Shown here: in pieces, positions 53,334 through 62,961 of the stretch
Position numbering within the stretch: position 1 is the first letter of the stretch
Layout of the letters: the number at the start of each line of letters is the position of its first letter
Virus record (IMG/VR): IMGVR_UViG_3300043078_000170
Length of the DNA: 64,000 nucleotides
Direction: 5' to 3' (one strand)
From: a virus
Lineage: Duplodnaviria; Caudoviricetes
Program-made: the position numbers and the translations under genes
Notes under the pieces: model-generated
Told to the model about the DNA's origin: nothing
Databases searched by the model: none
Seen by the model: the letters and a program-made list of their open reading frames with translations, nothing else

Positions 53334-56300
53334 TTATCCATTCATTCCAAATATACTTTTAATATTTTTCTTTCTACTATCTATTGGTTTTTTATTTCTT
53401 ATATCTAATTGATTTTGTATTTCATATAATTCTGGATCTATATTGCTATTTATTATAGTTTTCATAACATCATCATTGTTATAATTAGCTATTCTTTTAA
53501 ATTGTCTTTCTGTTTTATTAACTTCTTTTGGTTTTTCATCATTAACAGGAGTATCCGAAGTATTCTTAAAGAATTTATTTCTATTATTACTATATAATAG
53601 TACATAAAGACCTATTAAGTAACTCATAGTCAAGTCATCATGTTCTCCTTGCATATGATCAATTTTTCCAGTTCTAGTTCTTATTAATTTTCTTATTTCA
53701 TTAAATAATTCTTGATTGTTAACTAATTCTGGTTTTGTATTAGCTATCATAAATAATATTTCCTCAGTCATAACTTTTCTTTCTTGAGTTCCTGTATTAA
53801 AACCATATTTACGAGTCTCTATACCATTACCTTTATTAGTTTTAAAAATAGAAGTCTTTTTAATCTTCTTTTGTGTGTAATCTTTATCTTCAGTAGATGT
53901 ATAATAAAGATTTTTAGATATAGGAGATTTTTGTAAATATTCAATAAAAGCAGAGTTAAAGTTTCGTTCAGGTATTATAATAGCGTTAGGAACATATTTA
54001 GTAACAAATTCTATTACTAAATTACCAAATTCTAATACTGAGATATTATTATTCTTAAATTTCATAACTTGTTTAAGAGTTATTGGATCGATCAATGAAA
54101 ATGCTGAATAGTCTCTACCTAAACCACCACCAATATCTATAGAAAGACACCAGTTTTTATACATTAGGTTATTAAATGGTTCTAATACATCTATTTTATA
54201 ATTATTAATATAAATAGTTTGTAAATTTTCATTTTTAACATATTTAGACATTTCATCTAATTGTTCTTCAGTAAATATTGACATATTAGAAGCATAAGTC
54301 CACTCAATAAGAATTTCTCTTTTAACTTTAGCCATATCACCTTCAAGTGCTCTTATTTGTGCTTTAAGCCATTTTTCATCTTTTCCTAATTCAGTATGAT
54401 GATATTCAATAAATGTATAACCATTTCCAGAATTTTTATCGAGATAATCTTCTATTTGTTTATCATCCCAATCATACCAACTATAATCAAATTTTGCAGC
54501 TTTTTGAATCATTTCATAGCAGAATTTGCCCTCTGGAACATCGAGGTTGTTCGGAGTTGTAGTGATAGTTATTCCAAAAGGCTGATGAGCTTTTGCAGCT
54601 GCATCAGATGCTTTAGTAAGAGCAGGACGTGCGCTCATGTACATAATTTTATTCATATTTAGAAATGCAAATTCGTCACACCATAGTATAGGAATGTTAA
54701 GACCCCTTCCCAGCTTCAATAGTTCTTAACATAAAATATCGGTTTTTATAATTAAAAATAATTTGCATTTTATTGTTGGTAATTATAATATTATATAAAA
54801 TCTTTTAAATATTCTTCAAGAATATTTTCTATATTATTAAAATCTTTATAAGTTATTCTTAATAATTCATAATTATGATCTTTACAATAATCATTCTTAA
54901 GTTTATCTCTATTTTGTTGATCTTTTAAATCATTATAATACCAATTCTCAAAATGTTGAATACCATCAAATTCTATTAATAGAATATCTCCATTATCATA
55001 ATCTAATTTAAAATCAAATTTTAGGGGATGATTTTTAGATTTATAATAAAGATCTTTAAATGAATATTGAGTTTTATATTCAATATTATTTTTATCTAAC
55101 CATTTCTTTATTTTTTCTTCACCTTTATAATTTCTACAATTAGGGCATCTTTGACCGTTTAAAAAATGTGTAGGAGACATTTCAAATGTATTATTACATT
55201 TATTATGTAACATTTTAATTTTAGTGTTATAATTCTTATAGTCTTCTATAACACTATATTCAGATCCAACTAATTCAAATACCCTTGACTTAAATTCGTC
55301 ATTAGTTAATTTTTGTTTATCAATATTACATTTAGGACATTTAGTTCCTAATAAGAAATTTGATGGAGATACTAAATACTCATTATTACATTTATTATGC
55401 TTAATTTTAATTTTAGTTGAATTATTAATATATTCACCTAATACTGTATATTCATCACCATACATTTGTTTAACTTCAAATTTAAAAACATCAGTAGTTC
55501 TTTTATTATTCTTTCCACAATAAATACATTTGTTTTTCTTTTTAATAAAATTAGCAGGAGTTATTTCAAATGTATTATTACATTTATTATGCTTAATTTT
55601 AATCTTAGTTGAGTTATTAATATATTCACCTATAACAGTGTATTCATTACCAACTATTTCAAATACTCTTAACTTAAATTCATCAGTAGTTAATTTTCTA
55701 TAAGGATTACAGTAAGGACATTTTTTATATCCATTTAATATATTAATAGCTGAACATTCAAATGTATTATTACATTTATTATGCTTAAATAATAATTTAG
55801 ATTTATTATTAATATAATTACCACCTATTACTTCAAATTCACCATTTTTAAAATTCTTAAATTGTTCTTGAACTTCTTCAAAACTCTTTTGTTTTTTACC
55901 ATTACAATAAGGACATTTTGTAGGTTTATCTTTTAATATATTATAAGCGATTACTGTATATTCATTATTACATAATAAGTGTTTCATTTTAATTATTGAT
56001 CTAGTATTTTTAAATTCATTAGATAAAACTTCATATTGATCTCCAAGATTGGTATTTACAAATTCTTTAAATTCATTAATATTCATAATTATTTTACCTC
56101 ACATTTTAATATATACAAATTGGTTGTTATATATTAAATTTTTTAATATCTAGACTATATCTTCAAGTTTATAAAATAAACTTGCTCTCCGTTTGGGTGA
56201 TATTATTAATACCATATAAACTAATGAGGTATTTAGTTTATTCCTACTCTACTCTCTTCTTCAATTATTCTTTAAGAATAATTTATAATTTCGATAGTCG

Positions 56301-57077
56301 TTGAACGTTTATTCTAAGAAGTATTAGAATACTTCGCTGCTGATTGTCTAAAACTAATAATTTTTAAACATTCACGTTTAGAATTGCTTCTTACGTTGTA
56401 GTTTATTAGTTGATAAAGAGTTTCCAGCAATTAGAAGAGTTTATTATAGTGCGAACAAGCTTTTGGAAGAGTAAAATTTTATCCGCACTCTTTTCATCTT
56501 TAGGAGATGATAAAGCTTTAATAGTATTATTATTTTCTGCTAATCTAAGCATATTAATATTATCAGTATCATTTTTTAAATTCATATGACTTTTAAGATA
56601 TGGAGGTAACACTTCAATAACATCCATAATACGTTTTAAATTTTCTTGTGAGTCTTGTAATTGTTTATTACTAAATATTATAGTATAATTTTTAGCTTGA
56701 TATAAATAAATCCATGAATACCATACAACTGAACTCCAAGTTTTAAAGTGCTGCCTGGGCAGGCATAATATAATATCTTTATTTTTTATTTGCATATAAT
56801 GCATTGCCATATTGCCTAAATGTAATTCATATTTTACTGCGCCACCAGTAGAATTAATTTTTACAACTTCTCTAATATAATACCAATAATTAATCATTAC
56901 TTCTTTTTGTATTCTAGCTTGCATTTCTAAAGATAAATTAGGATCGTAAGGATCAACACCTTGTAATTTAGAATCATATAGTGCTAACATAAATTTCCAA
57001 TTCTTAATTTTTTTGTCTTTTAATGTTTTAGCCATTTTAATGAAACTAGTATTTTTAGTATTATAATCATAGATCAT
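53334..57077 (-). CDS. terL: Terminase large subunit; exons 57077..56481 and 54716..53334 (about 659 aa)
   Basis: Walker A LPRQHFKT; spliced SAD|KLGRG; Walker B ILWCDEFAF; ITTTPN; nuclease SIDIGGG.GRDYS, IPERN, HDDLTMS. Confidence 0.92.
54717..56480 (-). mobile_element. Group I intron (1764 nt) in terL with endonuclease ORF in P9 region
   Basis: P1 GUGCGGAU/GUUCGCAC; AATTGCTGGAAACTC, AATCAGCAGC, GTTCAACGACTA, AAGATATAGTC; terminal G at 54717. Confidence 0.9.
54791..56086 (-). CDS. Intron-encoded endonuclease (5 Zn-ribbon repeats + nuclease)
   Basis: KHNKCNN...CPxC repeats; LKFDFKL..IEFDGIQH. Confidence 0.8.
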   Translation of the reverse strand: MNINEFKEFVNTNLGDQYEVLSNEFKNTRSIIKMKHLLCNNEYTVIAYNILKDKPTKCPYCNGKKQKSFEEVQEQFKNFKNGEFEVIGGNYINNKSKLLFKHNKCNNTFECSAINILNGYKKCPYCNPYRKLTTDEFKLRVFEIVGNEYTVIGEYINNSTKIKIKHNKCNNTFEITPANFIKKKNKCIYCGKNNKRTTDVFKFEVKQMYGDEYTVLGEYINNSTKIKIKHNKCNNEYLVSPSNFLLGTKCPKCNIDKQKLTNDEFKSRVFELVGSEYSVIEDYKNYNTKIKMLHNKCNNTFEMSPTHFLNGQRCPNCRNYKGEEKIKKWLDKNNIEYKTQYSFKDLYYKSKNHPLKFDFKLDYDNGDILLIEFDGIQHFENWYYNDLKDQQNRDKLKNDYCKDHNYELLRITYKDFNNIENILEEYLKDFI

Positions 57078-57183
57078 ATTATATTTACTCCTTTCTTATA
57101 AAATATAATAATAGGTTGAAATAATTATATGAAAAAAAAAACTTTTTATTATAATTTTTATTTAGAAAAGAGGTAAAATATTT

Positions 57184-57753
57184 ATGTATTATGAAGATGC
57201 TTATTTAGAAGGTTATTATGATGCCATTCTTGAAAGTGATTATGATGATTATGAAGAAGATGATTATGAAGATGCTTATTTAGAAGGTTATTATGATGCT
57301 TTATTAGAACAAGGAAATGCTGTAAACAGAGCTAAAAGAAGAAAATTTGAAATAGAAAGAACTAATAATACTCTCCCAATATATGATTCCAATAAAATGG
57401 ATAAAACTACAAAAGCTGGGGAATTTTGGAATACTACTAATTATTATGGTGATAAAGAGCCTGTTTGGAAAAATGCTAAAACTGGAAAAGCTCAAACACT
57501 TAAATTTGATATACCAACTAAAGCTTATTATACAGCAGGAAAAATTGCTAGACATAGACAATTATCAAGAGCTGAAAATGAATTTAGCAAATCAAAAACA
57601 TTACAAAGAAAATTAAACGATGCTAAAAGACAAGGAAAGATTCATAAAGGTTTAAGTGATCCAAATAATTTAGCTAAATATAAAAAGGAAGCAGCTAGAC
57701 AACAAAAACTTAGAAAAAAACCTGGAAAAGGCGGAATTATGGATTTAGTATAA
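57184..57753 (+). CDS. GYYDAL-tag family protein, basic cargo A
   Basis: Two EDAYLEGYYDA(I/L)LE tags followed by a K/R-rich domain. Confidence 0.7.
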   Translation: MYYEDAYLEGYYDAILESDYDDYEEDDYEDAYLEGYYDALLEQGNAVNRAKRRKFEIERTNNTLPIYDSNKMDKTTKAGEFWNTTNYYGDKEPVWKNAKTGKAQTLKFDIPTKAYYTAGKIARHRQLSRAENEFSKSKTLQRKLNDAKRQGKIHKGLSDPNNLAKYKKEAARQQKLRKKPGKGGIMDLV

Positions 57754-57860
57754 AAAAATAATTCTATAAGATTTTATAAAGTCTTATTATTTAACTTTAT
57801 ATTAAAAATAATCCTTAAGAGTTTTAAACTCTTAAGGATTTTATTATATAAAATTTTAAA

Positions 57861-58223
57861 TTACCAACCTAATATTCTTCTACCTTCAGCTCCAGGGTCT
57901 TTCTTTATTCTATCAATTTCCATTTGTCTTCTAGCATTTTGTTTAGCAATATTTCTATTAGAACGATATTCTCTTGAAGCCATTTCCTTAGCACTTTTAT
58001 CGCCTACAAGATCTTCCCATTCTTTTTTTGTGTTGTTTCTTTCTAACATATCTTTTCTTAACTGTTTTCTATATCCTTTAACAGGTTCGCTAATTTCTAA
58101 TAAGGCATTATAATAACCTTCTAAATAAGCATCTTCGTAATAATCATCTTCTTCATAATCATCATAATCACTTTCAAGAATGGCATCATAATAACCTTCT
58201 AAATAAGCATCTTCATAATACAT
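57861..58223 (-). CDS. GYYDAL-tag family protein, basic cargo B
   Basis: Near-identical first ~43 aa to 57184..57753, unrelated R/K-rich C-terminus. Confidence 0.7.
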   Translation of the reverse strand: MYYEDAYLEGYYDAILESDYDDYEEDDYYEDAYLEGYYNALLEISEPVKGYRKQLRKDMLERNNTKKEWEDLVGDKSAKEMASREYRSNRNIAKQNARRQMEIDRIKKDPGAEGRRILGW

Positions 58224-58345
58224 AAATATTTTACCTCTTTTCTAAATAAAAATTATAATAAAAAGTTTTTTTTTTGAATCGTATTTAATATATTACTCAT
58301 ATATATATTATAATTATGAATAATATATATTATTCATATTAGTGC

Positions 58346-58487
58346 AGATATTAAATCCAATAAGCACTTTTAATAAATATTGGAGTTTGTATGTTCCCTT
58401 GAAGAAACTCTTGGTTGAAAAGATATATACCATATAAGAGATAACAGAGTAAAGGTAAATAGTACAAATATATCTTTGGAGGTCATT
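58346..58487 (+). ncRNA. Conserved structured 5' leader RNA, copy 2 (putative)
   Basis: Homologous to 21641..21779; downstream of early motif 58299..58311. Confidence 0.55.
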
Positions 58488-58907
58488 ATGACTAAGAATA
58501 TTAATGTAACAGTAACAGCAGCAATCGCAACCGTTATTAGAGAATACAATATCTCCATTAAGATCAAAAGCAGAAATGACATAATTAAGGAGACTGGAAA
58601 AATTTCAATTTGTGCTTGCACAACTTTGGAAAAAGGAAAGTGTCCAATTATTTATTTGGTGAAGGAAGATCTTAGCAAAATCAATAATGACGAATTGCAA
58701 TTTATCATCGGACATGAGCTGGGACATATTATCACAGATAGTGCAGATGAAGAACTTGCTGATCGGTACGGTGAAGCCTGCTCAAAAGGAAGAAACGTTA
58801 ATAAGAAGGTTATATTCCAAAAAATTAAAAAAATCGAAGAAGGCTTGTTAAAAGCAAATCCAAATTTAAGAAAAAGCAATCGTTATGGACATCGGGAAAA
58901 TGCATAA
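58488..58907 (+). CDS. Small early Zn-metallopeptidase-like protein (HELGH); likely start ATG 58488
   Basis: GGAGG RBS 5 nt before ATG; ELQFIIGHELGHI...EELADRYG. Confidence 0.7.
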   Translation: MTKNINVTVTAAIATVIREYNISIKIKSRNDIIKETGKISICACTTLEKGKCPIIYLVKEDLSKINNDELQFIIGHELGHIITDSADEELADRYGEACSKGRNVNKKVIFQKIKKIEEGLLKANPNLRKSNRYGHRENA

Positions 58908-59027
58908 ATGATTAATAAAAATAGAGATGACACGACATAATTATATATACATATATGGTCGTCTCTTTTTTTTTGTATTTTTAATAAAAACTATACTTTA
59001 TATTTTTAAATAGAGAGGTGAAACTAA

Positions 59028-60191
59028 GTGTCAACATTTTTTAATGATGAAGTATATCCAATGATTAAAACAAATGAAACACCTGCAATTACTAAACAAT
59101 TTGAAACTTATGTACATAAATATATGGATAAAAATTCTGAAGTGTTATATCACAATATTCCTAGTAAACGATTATTTTTTACTCCTTCAGATATTAAATA
59201 TCCTTTTGATCTTTTTAAAATATCAGTAGATGAAATAGATAATGTAGTAGCTAAAATTAAAAAAACTAAAGAATGCTATGGTGTTATTAATCAGGTAAAC
59301 TTTCCATTAAACTTTTTAATGGTAAATTTAGTTAGATATTATCATTTAGCTAACAATAAAGCAGGATTACAAGTATCTTTAATGTATTTAACACTATATC
59401 AATATGCTGCATTACATGCAAAATATTTTCAAAAGTTCTTACCTAATGAAGATTGTATGCAATTTACATTTAATAGAGTTTCAGATAAATATTATTTTAG
59501 AAAATATCAATCAGTATTTAAAGCATTATTTGCAACAGTTATTAACGCTCATGAAACACAAAAGAAATCTTTAGAATCTAAAAATGATATGGATATTTTA
59601 AGTTATTTATTAGCGATTAGAACTAGATTAAATAACCAAATGAAATCTTTTGTTAATGAATATATGATAGATTTTAATAATAAAAAATATCTTAAATTAC
59701 AACAAGATTCACAAGATGAAGAAAATTATCGTGAAACATCTAATATGTCTGCTGATTTAGTAATGGTAGTAAATAAAGCTTATAATAAATTTACTACTAC
59801 TAAAGTAGATCCAGTTATTTTAAGAACTGCTTGCGGTATTTGTAAAGCAGAACAAAGTGTAATGAAATTAGCTTTAGAGAATATTAAAGATAATGAATTA
59901 GATTCAATTAGATTATTATTATTATCAATGGTTCAATTATATATTTATAATAGTAATAATAATTCAAATGAAATTGGATCACAGAAATTTGTTACTTATA
60001 TGATATCTGCTTATAGTAAGTCTAATAGTAAAAATGATATAAGCTTAAATATTAAAAAAGTATTAGATAAATTTTTAACTAAATATTGCAATAGATATTC
60101 TAATACTGAAAGAGAAGCTACTAAAGTTATATATCGTAAAGCATTATATATTTATATGGTATTATTAATTAATAAATCATATAATTCATAA
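59028..60191 (+). CDS. Helical jumbo-phage protein; candidate sigma-like RNAP subunit
   Basis: GAGGTG RBS with GTG start; AACT-N6-TA upstream; mostly alpha-helical pattern. The CDS is well supported; the function is a weak inference. Confidence 0.35.
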   Translation: MSTFFNDEVYPMIKTNETPAITKQFETYVHKYMDKNSEVLYHNIPSKRLFFTPSDIKYPFDLFKISVDEIDNVVAKIKKTKECYGVINQVNFPLNFLMVNLVRYYHLANNKAGLQVSLMYLTLYQYAALHAKYFQKFLPNEDCMQFTFNRVSDKYYFRKYQSVFKALFATVINAHETQKKSLESKNDMDILSYLLAIRTRLNNQMKSFVNEYMIDFNNKKYLKLQQDSQDEENYRETSNMSADLVMVVNKAYNKFTTTKVDPVILRTACGICKAEQSVMKLALENIKDNELDSIRLLLLSMVQLYIYNSNNNSNEIGSQKFVTYMISAYSKSNSKNDISLNIKKVLDKFLTKYCNRYSNTEREATKVIYRKALYIYMVLLINKSYNS

Positions 60192-60216
60192 TTATATATA
60201 AAACAGTAAAGGACGG

Positions 60217-60510
60217 ATGATTATGGCTAGTAATATTTTTAAGTGGGGATTAATTTTATTTAATACAAAAACTAATGATATTGAATATGGTTTCGATAGA
60301 AATTTATCATTTAATTCTTTAATTAATAAATATACTTATTTATATAATAATTATAAAGAAGCTGAAGAAATTTATAAAATTCTTAAAGAAAAATATGATG
60401 ATGATTCTCTATTACTTCCTGAACACGTTCGTAATAATAAAAATATTTATAAAATTAAAATTGCTAGATTAGAATCTGTAATTATTTATGACTTAGAAAA
60501 AGAAGAATAA
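60217..60510 (+). CDS. Hypothetical protein
   Basis: AAGGA RBS; terminator at 60517..60543. Confidence 0.5.
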   Translation: MIMASNIFKWGLILFNTKTNDIEYGFDRNLSFNSLINKYTYLYNNYKEAEEIYKILKEKYDDDSLLLPEHVRNNKNIYKIKIARLESVIIYDLEKEE

Positions 60511-60554
60511 ATTATACCCTATAGAGTTTAAAACTCTATAGGGCTTTTTATAAT

Positions 60555-61241
60555 TTATCTTCTTTTCTTTTTATTTGTTTTACAATATTTTTCATAATCT
60601 TTTATGACACGTTCTCTATCTTTTGGTTTAAGATGTTTATATAATTCTAAGTATCTTTTGCTATCTGGAATAGTATAAGTACCAGTTTTTACTCTAGCTG
60701 TAGTATTAATAACTTGTCCATTAACAACTCTTGTAGTAGGAATATCAGCATATCTATTATATTCAATAGTACTAGTAACTTTACCACCTGGAAATATACC
60801 ATTCTTTCTATAAAGTAAATCATTCTTATGACCATAAGTACCATTACCGCTAATAAATGGTTCTTTAAAAGTCTCTCCTCTTTCCATAGCATATTCCATA
60901 GCTTTTACTTTTATATCATCTTTATCACTAATACCTAAAGAACTAGCTATATCACCACTAATATCTCCACCACCTAAAGTTCCAAAAAATCTCATTTTAG
61001 TTGGATTATCAAAATTACCATTTTGAATTTCTAATAAAGCATCATAATATCCTTCTAAATAAGCTTCTTCTTTAATATTTTCTAAATCTTGTTCCAATTC
61101 TTTTCTTTCTTCATATTTTTTCATTCTTCTTTTCCATGTTTTATTAGCATCATCGAGAATTCTTTTACGTTCATATTTACTACAGCAATTTCTATATTTT
61201 TTACTTCTTTTAACTTCATAGATATATTCATTATAAGTCAT
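60555..61241 (-). CDS. GYYDAL-tag family protein (internal tag)
   Basis: N-terminus MTYNEYIYE; internal EEAYLEGYYDALLE separating two basic domains. Confidence 0.65.
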   Translation of the reverse strand: MTYNEYIYEVKRSKKYRNCCSKYERKRILDDANKTWKRRMKKYEERKELEQDLENIKEEAYLEGYYDALLEIQNGNFDNPTKMRFFGTLGGGDISGDIASSLGISDKDDIKVKAMEYAMERGETFKEPFISGNGTYGHKNDLLYRKNGIFPGGKVTSTIEYNRYADIPTTRVVNGQVINTTARVKTGTYTIPDSKRYLELYKHLKPKDRERVIKDYEKYCKTNKKKRR

Positions 61242-61264
61242 TTATTAATCACATCTTTTCTTTT

Positions 61265-62089
61265 TTAATTTTTAGGTTTACCCATTTTTTTCCATTCTTT
61301 AAATGTTACATCTTTTCTCTTCTTAGGATCTTTATTTATCCAAGCTCTATATAAATTATGATTATAAGCATTTAAACTTGAAGCAACTGCTACTCCACCT
61401 GCTACTCCACCTGCAGCTACGCCTGCAGCTTTATAAGGAAGTTTAGCATATTTTCGTCTTGAATCTTTAAACGCATCTCTTACTTCTTTTCTACTCATAT
61501 CTTTCATATTTTTTTCATCATAGTATTTAAAAGCGTTATAATGTGTAAAATTATTTTTCTTGCGACACAAATTATCATACTCTTTTTTACTTATTTTACC
61601 TTCTTTATATTCTCTTTTAATTTGTCTCATTCCTATATTAGTATGTATTTTTTCTAAATTTCTTGATGATTTCTTATAGTGTTTAGCATAACGACTAAGA
61701 TGAACTTCATTTAATATATTATAATCATTTTCATAATCATCTATCTTATCTTCATTTATTTCTAATAATGCATCATAATAACCATCAATATAAGATTCAT
61801 TTAATTCTTTTTCGACATCTTTATCATTTTTACGTTTTAATAACCTATAAATACCGTAACCTGCTCCAACGCCTGCTATAGCTGCAGGAGCTCCTATTAC
61901 CGCAAGATTTTTATTATATTTTTTTAATTCTGCTTTTTTTTCTGCTTTTTCTTCATCTTTTTTCTTTTTTTCCAGTTTCGCTTTATATTTTTCAAATTCT
62001 TTTTTATCTTGTAAATTTGTATTATTATTGTTATTTTTAGCTTCATCAAAATAAAAAGTATTTTCTAAAATAAAATCATGATAATTCAT
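61265..62089 (-). CDS. GYYDAL-tag family protein with two Gly/Ala helices
   Basis: N-terminus MNYHDFILE; internal LNESYIDGYYDALLE; AVIGAPAAIAGVGAGYG and AAGVAAGGVAGGVAVA. Confidence 0.65.
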   Translation of the reverse strand: MNYHDFILENTFYFDEAKNNNNNTNLQDKKEFEKYKAKLEKKKKDEEKAEKKAELKKYNKNLAVIGAPAAIAGVGAGYGIYRLLKRKNDKDVEKELNESYIDGYYDALLEINEDKIDDYENDYNILNEVHLSRYAKHYKKSSRNLEKIHTNIGMRQIKREYKEGKISKKEYDNLCRKKNNFTHYNAFKYYDEKNMKDMSRKEVRDAFKDSRRKYAKLPYKAAGVAAGGVAGGVAVASSLNAYNHNLYRAWINKDPKKRKDVTFKEWKKMGKPKN

Positions 62090-62122
62090 TTAAATACACC
62101 TCTCTAATATTATTAATTTATT

Positions 62123-62830
62123 TTAAGCTATAAATATTTTTCTTCTAGTAGAATTTTTATGAGAATTATTTCTCCATTTTTCTTCTATCTGTTCTTTTTT
62201 ATCTTCAGCTCCTTGTAATTGGTCAATAAACATTTCTATGTTTCCATAAGGAGTTTGAATATTTTGAAATCTAGTACGCATTGTATATAATGTAGACTGA
62301 GTATCAGCTAAAGCATATTTCATAAATTCATCTTCAAGATTTACTGGAATAGTTCCAAAATGATCTGGATGAACAGTATTAGCAATAATAATATAGCTTC
62401 TTACATTATTATAAACAGGATAGATTTCAATCATACCTGGTTCAACATATTTAAAAGTAATAGGATTTGATGTATAAGACATTAAATCAATATTTAATTG
62501 TCTAGAAATTGGATCTCCTAATAACATATCAGCAGCTACTGGATGTAATAAACCTGTAACATAATTTGCACCTAATAGACTTCCACCAATCAATCTATTA
62601 ATACCAATACATTCATTTTGTGTTTTAATATAAAATCTGTTATCATAAGGTTCAACACGATTCTCAGGATCTACAACACAAGTTTCTTGATATGGAAAAT
62701 ACTTTGAAAAAGTTCTTAAAGTTTCATCCTTTAAGTTTTCAATAATTTCTTCATGTGATATTTCTAAATCCATAAATTTAAAACCTAATTTTTTTTCTAG
62801 ACGTTGTATAATTCTAGTACTATTTAACAT
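62123..62830 (-). CDS. Neck/head-completion protein (T4 gp13-like)
   Basis: IIQRLEKKLG...LEISHEEI.....TLRTFSKYFP and FMKYALA parallel gp13; late promoter at 62856..62867. Confidence 0.6.
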   Translation of the reverse strand: MLNSTRIIQRLEKKLGFKFMDLEISHEEIIENLKDETLRTFSKYFPYQETCVVDPENRVEPYDNRFYIKTQNECIGINRLIGGSLLGANYVTGLLHPVAADMLLGDPISRQLNIDLMSYTSNPITFKYVEPGMIEIYPVYNNVRSYIIIANTVHPDHFGTIPVNLEDEFMKYALADTQSTLYTMRTRFQNIQTPYGNIEMFIDQLQGAEDKKEQIEEKWRNNSHKNSTRRKIFIA

Positions 62831-62961
62831 ATTATCATCTCCTTTTATTAGATAATAATTTTCTGTTTTTTATTTAAATTTTCAAATATACATTATATTA
62901 ATGATAAAGTTAAAAATTTTTAGCTTTATAAAATATTATTTAATAAAAGGAGTAAATTATT

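Larger units (their letters stand above)
57132..58275. repeat. About 180-bp inverted repeat (57132..57309 / 58095..58275) covering promoter, RBS and first ~42 codons of two convergent genes
   Basis: Arms are reverse complements apart from one 3-nt indel and two substitutions. Confidence 0.9.

Noticed and set aside
7077-57077. ORF-track fragments 7077..7526, 37255..37515, 44541..45185, 53334..54719 and 56406..57077 as independent genes or pseudogenes
   Set aside because: They are exons; removing group I introns restores in-frame conserved motifs.
57132-58275. Classical shufflon or phase-variation switch
   Set aside because: Both arms contain promoter, RBS and start codon, so inversion would not silence either gene, and no site-specific recombinase is visible in the window. 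Kept only as a cassette finding.
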